Source: Candidatus Woesearchaeota archaeon
Lineage (GTDB): Archaea; Nanobdellota; Nanobdellia; Woesearchaeales; DSVV01
Reading direction: 5' to 3'
NCBI GenBank assembly: GCA_016214075.1
Contig: JACRPI010000005.1
Span: forward strand, 2,662-66,661
Length of the DNA: 64,000 nt
In this document: in pieces, positions 34,921-44,731 of the stretch
Position numbering within the stretch: position 1 is the stretch's first letter
Layout: every line of letters begins with the position of its first letter
Position numbers and translations under genes: made by a program
Notes under the pieces: generated by a model
What the model was told of the DNA's origin: nothing
The model's input: the letters and a program-made list of their open reading frames with translations, nothing else
The model's database searches: none

Positions 34921-36000
34921 ATGAAAGTAATTGCAGAATATTTGTGGTTGGATGGGGTAAATCCAACAGCATCGATCCGTGGAAAGCCAAAAGTGTTTGA
35001 TGGAGAAGATGGAACAACAATAGATGCATTAACGCTTCCTGATGAAGGGATAAAAAGAATTCCAACATGGGGATTTGATGGGAGTAGCACAGAGCAAGCA
35101 GAAGGTCATGCATCTGATTGCGTTCTAAGACCAGTTCGTGTTTATCATGATCCAATACGATCTCGAATACGACCAGAATATCTTTCTATCTTAGTATTAA
35201 ATGAAGTCATGATTGTTCCAGGAGACACACCGCATCCTTCTAACACTCGTGCGTTACTTCGTGCACAAGTGGAGGCGCATAAAGCAGCAGAATTTTGGTT
35301 TGGCTTAGAACAGGAGTATACATTTATGAGAGCAGATCAAGGAGGAGTTGGAAGACCATTAGGCTTCCCAAAAAAAGGTTTTCCAGGAAAACAAGGTCCA
35401 TATTATTGTGGAGTAGGAGGAGATAGAATTTTTGGAAGAGAGATTATGGAAAAACATCTTTTCGCGTGTCTCGATGCAAAGTTAGTAATTGCGGGAGCAA
35501 ATGGAGAAGTTATGCCTGGGCAATGGGAGTACCAAATGGGTAACGGAACACCAGCAAGTGACCCATTGAGAGTAGCGGATGATTTAATCATTGCAAGATA
35601 TCTTATGAACAGAATCGCGGAAGAGTACGGCGTTATTGCGTCTCTTGCTGCAAAACCAGAGAAAGACTGGAATGGTGCGGGCATGCATACAAACTTCTCA
35701 AACAAAGCAATGCGAGAAAGTGATGTAGGTTTCTCTGAGATAATTGAGCGGTTGCGAAGAAATCATGACGCGCATATTAGAGTGTATGGCGATGGAATTC
35801 AAGATAGATTAACAGGCCATCATGAAACGTGTAGTTTCAGAGAGTTCAGAGCAGGAGTTTCTGATAGAGGAGCAAGCATAAGAATCCCATGGCAAGTTGC
35901 AGTGGACCATAAAGGATACCTTGAAGACAGACGACCTTGTGCAAATGTTGATCCATACGTTGTTGAAGCAAGAATAATGGAAACAGTAATGGGCAAATAA
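34921..36000 (+). CDS. glnA: Glutamine synthetase, type II-like (short, eukaryote/GSII-type)
   Basis: IAEYLWLDG N-terminus, GPYYCGVGGD, GANGEVMPGQWEYQMG, about 359 aa, characteristic of GSII rather than the ~450-aa GSI. Confidence 0.75.
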   Translation: MKVIAEYLWLDGVNPTASIRGKPKVFDGEDGTTIDALTLPDEGIKRIPTWGFDGSSTEQAEGHASDCVLRPVRVYHDPIRSRIRPEYLSILVLNEVMIVPGDTPHPSNTRALLRAQVEAHKAAEFWFGLEQEYTFMRADQGGVGRPLGFPKKGFPGKQGPYYCGVGGDRIFGREIMEKHLFACLDAKLVIAGANGEVMPGQWEYQMGNGTPASDPLRVADDLIIARYLMNRIAEEYGVIASLAAKPEKDWNGAGMHTNFSNKAMRESDVGFSEIIERLRRNHDAHIRVYGDGIQDRLTGHHETCSFREFRAGVSDRGASIRIPWQVAVDHKGYLEDRRPCANVDPYVVEARIMETVMGK

Positions 36001-36034
36001 TTTTCTCTTCATTTTCTTTTTTTAATTTCTTTTT

Positions 36035-37849
36035 CTACACAATCAATCTTCGTAAAATCTCATTGATCTTTTTTCCATCAGCTTTGCCGCGAAGTTCTTT
36101 CATCGCAAATCCCATGAGCGTTCCAAGCGGCGCTCCTTTGCCATCCGCAACAATTTTCTTCAAGATATTCTCAAGCGCAGCATCATTCATACTTTGATAT
36201 TTGGAAAAATCACACGTTTCTTCTTTTGCGAGATCAAGAAGCACATCATCAAGTGCTTCTTTTGGAACACTGCCTTTATCAAGTTGCGCAAAGACTTCTT
36301 CAAGTTTCTCATCAGTAATTTTCTCAATCTCAACATTGTATTTTCTTTTCACTTCACGAATTTTTGGGATCATAGTTTCCGCGATAAACGCGGGTTTTAG
36401 TTGGGAGAACTGCGCTATCCATTTTTCAAAAACAGCAGCCTTGCCAGATTTCGCAATTAAATCCGCAAGATCTTTTGCGAGCCCAAGCTTGACAAAATCA
36501 GCAGAACTTTCTTCAAGTAATTTTGGTAATTTTAAGTCACTCACATCAGCAACAAGCGGCATGACATCTGTTTCAGGATACATACGGCTAGCGCCAGGGA
36601 TTGGTCGCATGAAGGATGTTGTTCCATCTTCATGTGCGTTGCGAACTTCTTTGAGTACGCCATGCTGCAAAGAAAGTACACGATCATACACTGCTTCAAG
36701 TGCGCGTAATACTTTCTCGCGTTGATCAGCGATAATCACAAATCCATCTTTCACACCACAACCTAACTTCTTCTTGACAAGATCAACATACTCTTGTTCA
36801 ATGCCATATTTAGGAAGTTCATCACTGTGAAATAAGCCACCAACGCCTGCCGCGGCTTTCGCGTACATCGAGAGTTCAGAGCCAATTCGTTTGCCAGGCA
36901 TTGTTTCTTTGCCAAGCAATCCTGCAAAACCGTCTAACTTTAATCCATAAATCACGCCATTTTCATTTAATATATTCTGGACAATCTTAGATGAACACTT
37001 CTCAAGAACAGGAGTAACGTCAATAAAATCTTTTTCAATCGCGAATTTACCAAGTTGTTTTTGAACATCAAGCAGTGTTTGTTGTCGCTGCATTTCATTT
37101 TTAACAATAGTGGGAACCAACTTCAAATCTTGCGCGCCTTTAATTTCTACCCGTTGTCCTCCTGTAATCGAGACATTGACGTCTTGTCGAATAGTGCCAA
37201 GACCTCGTTTAACCTTTCCGGTAGAACGAAGGACCATGCCAATTTTTTCAGCGACTTTTTGCGCGAGTTCAGGACTGTCGATGCTTGCGTCAGTCGCGAT
37301 TTCAATGAGTGGAACACCAAGCCGGGATAAATCATAAACGTCAAAGTCACCTTTTCTTTCAACGATTTTTGCGGAATCTTCTTCTAAGCAAATCGTGTCA
37401 ACTCCTATTTTTCTGCCATCGACTTCGATAAAGCCATTTTGCGCGACGAGAGAGGTTCGTTGAAAGCCAGTCGTGTTGGAACCATCGACAACAGTTTTTC
37501 GCATCACTTGAATTTCATCAACAATATGCGCGTGCAATAATTGCGCGACAACAAGCGCGGTTTCGAGCGCTTCTTTGTTTATTGGTTGTGGGGGTTCTTC
37601 ATCAATGTCCACAAGACAATTATACGCGTCGTAACAATTATAGAGGAAATATTTTTGTTTTTTTTGTTCGTGTGCAGCGGCAATATCTATTTCACCAGTT
37701 TCCCCGACAACTGCGCGAAGGAATCGTTTGACTATGAGGTTTGGTTTTTCATCTTCAGTTGCAAGTTCAGCAGGGCAATTGCAGAATAATTTTTTTCCAG
37801 CGACTTGCTGATGAATTTCAAGACCTACTTTGAGTCCTTTGGTTGGCAT
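36035..37849 (-). CDS. gatE: Glutamyl-tRNA(Gln) amidotransferase subunit E (archaeal GatE)
   Basis: N-terminus GLKVGLEIHQQV...KLFCNCP and ~600 aa length typical of GatE. Confidence 0.8.
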   Translation of the reverse strand: MPTKGLKVGLEIHQQVAGKKLFCNCPAELATEDEKPNLIVKRFLRAVVGETGEIDIAAAHEQKKQKYFLYNCYDAYNCLVDIDEEPPQPINKEALETALVVAQLLHAHIVDEIQVMRKTVVDGSNTTGFQRTSLVAQNGFIEVDGRKIGVDTICLEEDSAKIVERKGDFDVYDLSRLGVPLIEIATDASIDSPELAQKVAEKIGMVLRSTGKVKRGLGTIRQDVNVSITGGQRVEIKGAQDLKLVPTIVKNEMQRQQTLLDVQKQLGKFAIEKDFIDVTPVLEKCSSKIVQNILNENGVIYGLKLDGFAGLLGKETMPGKRIGSELSMYAKAAAGVGGLFHSDELPKYGIEQEYVDLVKKKLGCGVKDGFVIIADQREKVLRALEAVYDRVLSLQHGVLKEVRNAHEDGTTSFMRPIPGASRMYPETDVMPLVADVSDLKLPKLLEESSADFVKLGLAKDLADLIAKSGKAAVFEKWIAQFSQLKPAFIAETMIPKIREVKRKYNVEIEKITDEKLEEVFAQLDKGSVPKEALDDVLLDLAKEETCDFSKYQSMNDAALENILKKIVADGKGAPLGTLMGFAMKELRGKADGKKINEILRRLIV

Positions 37850-37898
37850 GAAGAAATGAGAAAGTGTATTCTTATTAATGTTTTTGGTTTTGAAAGAA

Positions 37899-38588
37899 CT
37901 ACATCCTCACTGCAGTAATGTAATAATAATCTTGCGGAATTAAATTTGCCTTTTTTTCATTATACACTGCTCGTTCAACAGGAGTATGATCAATAAATCT
38001 ATACTGTCGAAGCACATCAAGCACGTCATCAAGATTTGTGGTTGTCTTCTCTGTTGTAAAAGCAACGACTGCTCGCTGTCTAAGATAAGGCAATGCGCGT
38101 TGCAGCGCAAGAACAGGTGGCACATATTCCCCAAAAACCCCGACAGAAATGAGCGCGTCATATTTTCTGTCTTTGAGGTCTATTCCATGGACAATATTTT
38201 GTTTCCACGTATCTCTATATCCTCGTTCTTTTGTTTTTTTCAGCATTTCTCGAGAAATATCAATGCCATCAACAGTGTGCCCAGATGCAACAAATGGTGC
38301 TCCTACTAAACCCGTTCCGCACCCCACGTCAAGAATTTCTGATGCAGGTCGGAGAAGAGGAAGCACCATCTCAGAAAAAAGTAAATGCACTTCTGGCGCT
38401 TTTGCGAGTTGTACGTCATATGTATTCCCAAAATAGTCTGATGCCCAGTCATTAAATTTATCAGCAACATCATCATAATGGGCATAGTTATGGACTGGAG
38501 CCCAGCGTGTTTGGGCAAGGATTGCTCGCTCTCGCTGGAGGCGGCGCAGCGCGTCAACGGGATTTTCTAGTGGTATTCTTATCTCCAT
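37899..38588 (-). CDS. Class I SAM-dependent methyltransferase
   Basis: ILDVGCGTGLVGAPF motif I. Start taken at MEIRIP to abut the upstream gene. Confidence 0.7.
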   Translation of the reverse strand: MEIRIPLENPVDALRRLQRERAILAQTRWAPVHNYAHYDDVADKFNDWASDYFGNTYDVQLAKAPEVHLLFSEMVLPLLRPASEILDVGCGTGLVGAPFVASGHTVDGIDISREMLKKTKERGYRDTWKQNIVHGIDLKDRKYDALISVGVFGEYVPPVLALQRALPYLRQRAVVAFTTEKTTTNLDDVLDVLRQYRFIDHTPVERAVYNEKKANLIPQDYYYITAVRM

Positions 38589-38645
38589 AAAGGAGAAAAA
38601 TAGCAGCTGTCTTAAATAGTTTATCCTTTGGGAGTGGTGAATCAA

Positions 38646-39293
38646 CTAGAAAGTAGCGGTCTTATCTCCATGCGCGATGAGATGTTTCATATTCCACCAA
38701 AGATATCGTGCCATGCTTGTTTCTTCTTTTGTCGCTTCACTGGAGAGAAGCCGCTGTATATTTTCCTTAAACATATTTTTTGTTCTTCTCTCTGCTTCTT
38801 CTACTGTATTGCCTTTTATAAGAGAAAGCATCGCTTCGTGAGATGGTTCTAAAAAGAGTTCTGCGGTTTTGTCTGTAAGTGGTTCGGTTATTCTTTTGGG
38901 TTCATAGAAAAAAATAAAATCCTCTTCATAACCAAGATATGCTTTTGCTCCTTGTTTAATGCTTTCAGAGCCTAATACTTTTGCGGAACGGCAAGAAATT
39001 GCGTAGGTTATCTTTTCTCTTAAGAGTGCGTCATTTTGTTTTGCAATAACGAGCGGTTCATCTTTATGACCTCCAACAGCATCTTCTCTGCCATGCCCAT
39101 TAAAAATAACCAGTCCAGGTTCTTGTTTTTTCAAGATTCCTTCTGTTTTATCTCTGTTTGCTTTCTCTCGTGAAAGATCAAAGACAGTAATTCCTTTTTC
39201 TTGTGCTAGAGCAATTGCTTTTTTACTCCAATGGGATAAATAATGTGTAGTGTCATCATGCTCCGGACGGGTGATAAGCATTTTCTTATTCAT
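38646..39293 (-). CDS. Hypothetical protein (215 aa)
   Basis: ORF in an apparent 5-gene minus-strand operon (39689 down to 36035). No family recognised. Confidence 0.5.
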   Translation of the reverse strand: MNKKMLITRPEHDDTTHYLSHWSKKAIALAQEKGITVFDLSREKANRDKTEGILKKQEPGLVIFNGHGREDAVGGHKDEPLVIAKQNDALLREKITYAISCRSAKVLGSESIKQGAKAYLGYEEDFIFFYEPKRITEPLTDKTAELFLEPSHEAMLSLIKGNTVEEAERRTKNMFKENIQRLLSSEATKEETSMARYLWWNMKHLIAHGDKTATF

Positions 39294-39496
39294 GTTGTGA
39301 CGATCCCTTCTTTTAATGCTTGTAAGAATTCGAGCTCAATCTGGATCATCTTTCTTCCAATTGCGTCTTCTCTTTTAACGCTCTCAATGAGTTGTTCTTT
39401 TGTAAATTCACCTATAGAGCCAATAGAAATCTTTTTGTCAGAAGGCAAGACTTCTAGCCGTGCAATAATCAGTTTTTTTATATCTTCATCTATCAT
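39290..39496 (-). CDS. Small hypothetical protein (68 aa)
   Basis: Overlaps the downstream gene by 4 bp (operonic). Confidence 0.4.
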   Translation of the reverse strand: MIDEDIKKLIIARLEVLPSDKKISIGSIGEFTKEQLIESVKREDAIGRKMIQIELEFLQALKEGIVTT

Positions 39497-39497
39497 C

Positions 39498-39689
39498 TTA
39501 GATAATCCTCAGTTTTTCAAGTTTCTTTAATATCATGTCTCCAATCTTTGTTTTATTTTGTATTTCTAAATACGCGACATCCCAGCTAATCGGACCTGTT
39601 TTATCTAACACCGCAATAATCTCCTTTCTTATATTCAAGGGAAGGTTTGCGTAAACTTTTAAGAATCTTTCTCTGAGCATATGCTTCAT
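39498..39689 (-). CDS. Small hypothetical protein (63 aa)
   Basis: First gene of the minus-strand run; 1-bp spacing to the next ORF. Confidence 0.4.
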   Translation of the reverse strand: MKHMLRERFLKVYANLPLNIRKEIIAVLDKTGPISWDVAYLEIQNKTKIGDMILKKLEKLRII

Positions 39690-39791
39690 ACTGTTTTTTT
39701 AGTTAATATAGTTTTGGGTTCCTGTCAGTTTATCCTTTTAAAGTGGTAAAAATGCATAACCTTTAAAAAACAGGGTGCGTTTCTCTGGTGT

Positions 39792-40739
39792 ATGACAGTG
39801 GGAATTTCGTTGACGAATGGAAAAGAAGCGATTGTTATTGCTGATAGCAGAGTTTCCGCAGCAGGAAGACAAAGCGATTCCGCAAATAAGCTTGATACAT
39901 TTAGCTGTAATAATTATGCCGGAGTTTTGTTTGGTGCAGGTTATGGGAATCTTGTTCTCGGTGTTCTTAAGTCTCTCTCGAGTTTCAAAGGTGGTTCTCT
40001 GGATCAATTTATTGAGGTAGTAGTCAGGGATCATCAACAGAGAGTAAGAAATGCGGATTGTTCTTATCTTGAGTATGTTAAAGGAGAAATTCAAAAAAAA
40101 GCAGAAGTGATCGCAGATGAGGAGCAAAAACGACGATTCATCTATGAGGAGCAGCATAAGGCAATGGAAAACTATGCTCGTAATAAACAAGTGGCAGATA
40201 CTATTTTTACGGTTGTTGCGTATGATCAGCAAGCAGATAAAGTAAGGCTTTTTTCAATTAATGAAGCGTCTGCAATGCAAAATTTTCAAGATCATAGTGA
40301 AATAGGTTCCGGAGCAGATGGCGCGCATATGTACCTTTCTACAAAATTACAAGGTGTTGATACTACACAACTTCCTCTTCAAGATTTGATTTTTTTTGCT
40401 CTTAATGCATATAACCAAGCAACAGTCAATCAAGGTGTTGGTGGAACACCTAAAATTGCAGTAGTTTCAAAACAAGGTATAAAAGTGCTTGAATATGAAA
40501 GAACAGTTGCGTTGGCGAACCTTAGTGGTGCATGCCTTTCTGGTTTTCCTGAAGGTGTGACTAGCGATACTGTCCGAAAATCATTGGCAGCAATTGCAAC
40601 AGGGGAAAATCCTCAATATCCCGAAATCGCCGCAATTGTAGGAATTGAACCAACAGTATTAAGTGGACTTTATGTTCCTTACTCCTCATGGCAAGAACGA
40701 GCAAACAGACAACTCTTTCCGCATAAAGCAGAACAATAA
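39792..40739 (+). CDS. Divergent proteasome-beta-like Ntn hydrolase (peptidase T1 fold; Anbu/HslV-like) with C-terminal extension
   Basis: Met-Thr start MTVGISLTNGKEAIVIADSRVS (Thr1, Asp17-like, Lys33-like NKLD) and GSGADGAHMY (the GSG motif of proteasome beta/HslV). 315 aa. Confidence 0.55.
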   Translation: MTVGISLTNGKEAIVIADSRVSAAGRQSDSANKLDTFSCNNYAGVLFGAGYGNLVLGVLKSLSSFKGGSLDQFIEVVVRDHQQRVRNADCSYLEYVKGEIQKKAEVIADEEQKRRFIYEEQHKAMENYARNKQVADTIFTVVAYDQQADKVRLFSINEASAMQNFQDHSEIGSGADGAHMYLSTKLQGVDTTQLPLQDLIFFALNAYNQATVNQGVGGTPKIAVVSKQGIKVLEYERTVALANLSGACLSGFPEGVTSDTVRKSLAAIATGENPQYPEIAAIVGIEPTVLSGLYVPYSSWQERANRQLFPHKAEQ

Positions 40740-40771
40740 ACTATAAAAACAACCCTTGAACCCAAACAACC

Positions 40772-41833
40772 ATGGCAATTCCAACAATCTTACAACTGAC
40801 TTTTTTCAACAACACATTACTTCAATACATTATTTTCTTTAGTATTATCACAGGTGCAATTCTCATTGGAAAAATTGCGTACTATCTGATAAAAAATTTC
40901 GTTAAAGTATTAACAAAGAAAACACAGACAGTTGCGGATGACATGTTGATTGAAGTCTGCGAACATCCAGTAGTCTTCCTCATTTTTATAATTGGATTTT
41001 ATATCGCGTATAAATCACTCACGCTGACAGAAGCAATAGAGCATACATTCTTTAACATTGTGCTCGTGATGTTCATCTTTAATCTCACGTGGTTCTTCAC
41101 CAGATTAATCGATGGTGTAATCAAATATTATCTTATTCCATTCAGTCAGAAAACACAAACTGATTTAGATGATGCGTTAATTCCTATCTTGCGAAGAATG
41201 AGTAAAATAATTCTCATCTTCATTGCGGCAATAATTGTGCTCGACAAGTTCGGCTACAATGTCGCGTCACTGGTCGCAGGTCTTGGTATTGGTGGTCTTG
41301 CGGTCGCGCTCGCGGCGCAGGAAACACTAAGCAACGTCTTTGGTGGCGTTACTATTCTCACTGACAAACCTTTTGCGCTTGGCGATAGAATTAAAGTCTC
41401 TGGAAACGATGGGTTTGTCAAGGAAATTGGCATGCGTTCTACAAAAATCACCACGTTAGATGGTTCAGAGTTAGTGGTGCCAAACGCGACAATCGCGAAA
41501 GAGATTATTGAGAACGTGACAAGAGAAAAATCAAGAAGAGTCAAGTTGACCGTGGGATTAGTGTATGAGACAGATCTCAAAAAGTTAAAAAAAGCAATGG
41601 AGATTGTTAAGAAGATAGTCGTGGATCAGGAAGGCGTTGAGGATAAATGTGATGTTTTTTTTGATGAGTTTGCTGATTTCTCCTTAAACTTTGTCATCGT
41701 CTATTGGGTAACAGACATTCCGAGAATCTTTGAAATAAAGAGCGCGATCAACCTGAAGATCAAAGAAACCTTTGAGAAAGAAGGCTTGGAATTCGCGTAT
41801 CCGACACGAGTTATTTACAACAAGAAAGGATAA
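40772..41833 (+). CDS. Small-conductance mechanosensitive channel (MscS family)
   Basis: Three N-terminal TM helices, pore-lining LVAGLGIGGLAVALAAQETLSN, then the beta-domain. Confidence 0.85.
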   Translation: MAIPTILQLTFFNNTLLQYIIFFSIITGAILIGKIAYYLIKNFVKVLTKKTQTVADDMLIEVCEHPVVFLIFIIGFYIAYKSLTLTEAIEHTFFNIVLVMFIFNLTWFFTRLIDGVIKYYLIPFSQKTQTDLDDALIPILRRMSKIILIFIAAIIVLDKFGYNVASLVAGLGIGGLAVALAAQETLSNVFGGVTILTDKPFALGDRIKVSGNDGFVKEIGMRSTKITTLDGSELVVPNATIAKEIIENVTREKSRRVKLTVGLVYETDLKKLKKAMEIVKKIVVDQEGVEDKCDVFFDEFADFSLNFVIVYWVTDIPRIFEIKSAINLKIKETFEKEGLEFAYPTRVIYNKKG

Positions 41834-41859
41834 ATAGGAGTTCTTCCTAATAACCCATT

Positions 41860-42267
41860 ATGGAACTCAATCTTTCTATTAAAACAAAGCTCATTCTTGC
41901 GATTATTACAGTGATCATCAGTTTGGTCATGGGTCTTTATACAAAGTTCATGTTCTTTCTTCATTTGCCATACTATATTGATTGGTGGAATTTGGTTTGG
42001 TATATTATCAGTTGGATTATGCTTTTTGTCGCGGGTTTTTTTGTGGGAAAAGAAGCGTTGCAAATCGCGGACCTTTATGTCAAAAAAAAATTGCAGGAAA
42101 CCTATACTGCGACAGTGGATTTGCATAAAGAAGGATTGAAGCGTGGCATTGAAACAACAAAAAAAGGTTTCGAAACAACAAGAGATATTGGGAAAAAGAC
42201 AATCCATTTTCACAAGAGGATGTTGGGGATAGATGAATTAGAATTTCAGAAGAAAAGGAAGAAGTAG
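41860..42267 (+). CDS. Small membrane protein (hypothetical)
   Basis: Three TM helices plus a basic C-terminal tail. Confidence 0.45.
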   Translation: MELNLSIKTKLILAIITVIISLVMGLYTKFMFFLHLPYYIDWWNLVWYIISWIMLFVAGFFVGKEALQIADLYVKKKLQETYTATVDLHKEGLKRGIETTKKGFETTRDIGKKTIHFHKRMLGIDELEFQKKRKK

Positions 42268-42315
42268 AATTATTCATGTTGTGTCATATTCTTCATCTCT
42301 TAATACGTTTTGAAA

Positions 42316-42467
42316 AATAAATAATAAAAGAATAGGGATTCTCAAGGACTGTCAGGCGATTCACACAGCAACAAGGCGATTGTTTGCCTAGCAACAGAGC
42401 AAATACACGCACCAGTAAAAGCTAAATTGTCAGGGGGACCCATCACGTAGTGATGGGATTATTATGA
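42316..42467 (+). repeat. Family-B repeat, full copy B2
   Basis: gaaaaataaataataaaagaatagggattctcaaggactgtcaggcgatt...aaggcgatt...acacgcaccagtaaaagctaaatTGTCAGGGGGACCC-ATCACgtagTGAT-GGGATTATTAT. Confidence 0.6.
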
Positions 42468-42518
42468 AAAGATATAATCATTTTAAAAATAGAAATAAAT
42501 CAAATAAGTAAACCAGCC

Positions 42519-44123
42519 CTACGTCGTTGGACATGTCGCTTGACTTACAGTAACGCCGCTCATTTCATCCATATGATAAAATTCTATTGATGCATAATCA
42601 AACCACGGTTTCATCGTTGAGATAGCACTGCTTAAAGAACCAGAAGAAGACGGATAATACAATGGATCAGTCACACCATCTGCGTTACATTGTGTTGATT
42701 CTTGAAACATGTAGTCAACAAAGCTATAGCCCGTATCATCTTCAGCAACATCACCAGAAATATGGCTTGATTGATATACTGCTTGTATCCCACAACAACT
42801 ACTTCCATCAGCATCTTCTCCTTTAAATCGTTCTAGGAAACTTGGTGCATCTTCATTGAAGACAAAGGTATGCTCAACGATGTGCTGATACATATCGTCT
42901 TCACTAAAATCATCACTGACATTTTGTACAACAATTGGAAAATATCTTCCATCATCAGAGAGCAAATCAGTGCGTAAAATACTGTACGGATCATACAACC
43001 CCACAATCGGAATCGTCGTAAATCCTTCTCCAGTAATTCCAGAGAATGAAACAGTAGTCTTTGTTGTAGAAATCGCAAACGTGGTATTCACATCAATCTC
43101 CCATGGTCCAGTTTCATCAATAACAATGGAAGTCACATTAATATCCACGTCAATCGCGAGCTGTTCTTCTGCAAGCGCTTCGAAGGAATTCAGTAATCCT
43201 AAGAAAAATCCTTCTCCAACAATGGGAGAATCAAGGTAAAAATCAATGGGAATGTTCTCTGTCCCGGTTGTTTCTGTAATATCCCATTCCCATGATTCAG
43301 TACCACAGTCAAAATCACCTGATGCGCAACTAAAATCAGAGGCACCACTCGTAATACTATAATCACTGTCACTCTCTGTAAACGGCGCAGCGATCACCAC
43401 GTCATAATAGGTCTCTTGAGTAAGAGGCAGTTCCCCGCCAAAGGTAAAAGTGTATGAACCATCGCTTCCAAAATATTGAATATCCAATGCAACAAGTGAA
43501 CCAGTTTCGTTGTACACCACAGCATACAAAACGTTGGATGTTGCGGAAGAAGTATTCTCGAGAGTAACAGTCATGGAATGAAGTGATTCCAATTCTTCAT
43601 ACGAAGAAGGAAGCGACACCCGTTGTACAACAGCAAGAGTATCGCCAAAGGATTCTGATGATGGGCTAGAAGAAGTCTCTGCGATTGTAATAAACTCCGT
43701 ATCATTCCACGCAGTCAGTGTCATCGCGAAATCATCAGAAAGAGAAGTAACGTCATACGTTCCAGAAACAGTGCCGTTCATCATAACCTCACGGTAAAAT
43801 GCTTCAGGATCATCAATTGCGGTTTCAGTCGCATTCACATAAGAAACCATTGCCCGCAAACTGTTTGCGCCAGCGACTTTCACAATAGTAGTCAAAACAT
43901 CATCGCTCAATGATTTCGTAAACATATTCACGACAACTGCTTCAGTGCGTTCAGCTGCTGCGTTTTGTTTGTCCATCATGACGTGGCTCGATGCTGCGTA
44001 CAGAACAAACGCGAAAATAGAGATGAGAAAAATGCTGACAAACGTAAACATGAATCCTTTTTTCCAAAATCTATCTTTCAAAATTATTGCCATATCCGAA
44101 TCTCCCCGACGTATGGTCCCCAC
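42519..44123 (-). CDS. Large extracellular pilin-like/adhesin-like protein with class-III (type IV pilin-like) signal peptide
   Basis: KKG|FMFTFVSIFLISIFAFVLYAA N-terminal anchor, then a ~480-aa Thr/Ser/Asp-rich ectodomain. Overlaps the upstream pilin-like gene. The true start may be the internal Met at 44093. Confidence 0.55.
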   Translation of the reverse strand: MGTIRRGDSDMAIILKDRFWKKGFMFTFVSIFLISIFAFVLYAASSHVMMDKQNAAAERTEAVVVNMFTKSLSDDVLTTIVKVAGANSLRAMVSYVNATETAIDDPEAFYREVMMNGTVSGTYDVTSLSDDFAMTLTAWNDTEFITIAETSSSPSSESFGDTLAVVQRVSLPSSYEELESLHSMTVTLENTSSATSNVLYAVVYNETGSLVALDIQYFGSDGSYTFTFGGELPLTQETYYDVVIAAPFTESDSDYSITSGASDFSCASGDFDCGTESWEWDITETTGTENIPIDFYLDSPIVGEGFFLGLLNSFEALAEEQLAIDVDINVTSIVIDETGPWEIDVNTTFAISTTKTTVSFSGITGEGFTTIPIVGLYDPYSILRTDLLSDDGRYFPIVVQNVSDDFSEDDMYQHIVEHTFVFNEDAPSFLERFKGEDADGSSCCGIQAVYQSSHISGDVAEDDTGYSFVDYMFQESTQCNADGVTDPLYYPSSSGSLSSAISTMKPWFDYASIEFYHMDEMSGVTVSQATCPTT

Positions 44124-44725
44124 ATTTGTGTATTATTGACAGTGCCAAAGAGAATGGTTTTGTACGGAAATAAGACAGTCGCGTTCTCCTGGTTAAATGT
44201 TGCGTTGTTTGTGTAAAAAGATGTTCCTTCAATGCGAACATCGATGTTCACATCATCAAGGTTTCTGTAAGAAACATAATCCGCGATGCAGGTGCTAAGC
44301 ATTTCTGTGCAGTATGTACAGTCTTCTGTTGTGGAGCGAAAATAATATTCTCCTAATTGTTGAAAGAGTGTATTGGAAGTGTCAGTAATGTATCCTTCTT
44401 CAATTGCGGTGCTGTTGATGCTGCAGTTTCCTTGACTAATATCTTGAATCTCCACCATGAACAGATCCGCGGTGTCATAAAGTTCTGTTTGCACAATCCC
44501 CACAGGTGGTTTAGACAGGACAACAAAGAGATACAGAATGATTCCAAAGCCAATGCTGATCACCATGAGGGAAAAGATTGCTTCGAGAGTGAAATAGATT
44601 CCTTTTTTGTGAGAACGCATAAATTTCATGTTCTGAGGAAGACGCATTGCATTTTCCAGCAAACTGATGTATTTATGCTTTCTTGTTCTGTGATGGTAAA
44701 TAAGATTCTTTTCTTGTCGGTTCAA
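44084..44725 (-). CDS. Type IV pilin-like protein (class III signal peptide)
   Basis: MKFMRSHKKG|IYFTLEAIFSLMVISIGFGIIL resembles a prepilin leader plus FTLIE-like N-terminus. Probable start at an internal Met near 44626. Confidence 0.55.
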   Translation of the reverse strand: MNRQEKNLIYHHRTRKHKYISLLENAMRLPQNMKFMRSHKKGIYFTLEAIFSLMVISIGFGIILYLFVVLSKPPVGIVQTELYDTADLFMVEIQDISQGNCSINSTAIEEGYITDTSNTLFQQLGEYYFRSTTEDCTYCTEMLSTCIADYVSYRNLDDVNIDVRIEGTSFYTNNATFNQENATVLFPYKTILFGTVNNTQMWGPYVGEIRIWQ

Positions 44726-44731
44726 AATTCC

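Noticed and set aside
36201-36725. 174-aa plus ORF inside gatE
   Set aside because: Antisense; Ser-rich low complexity.
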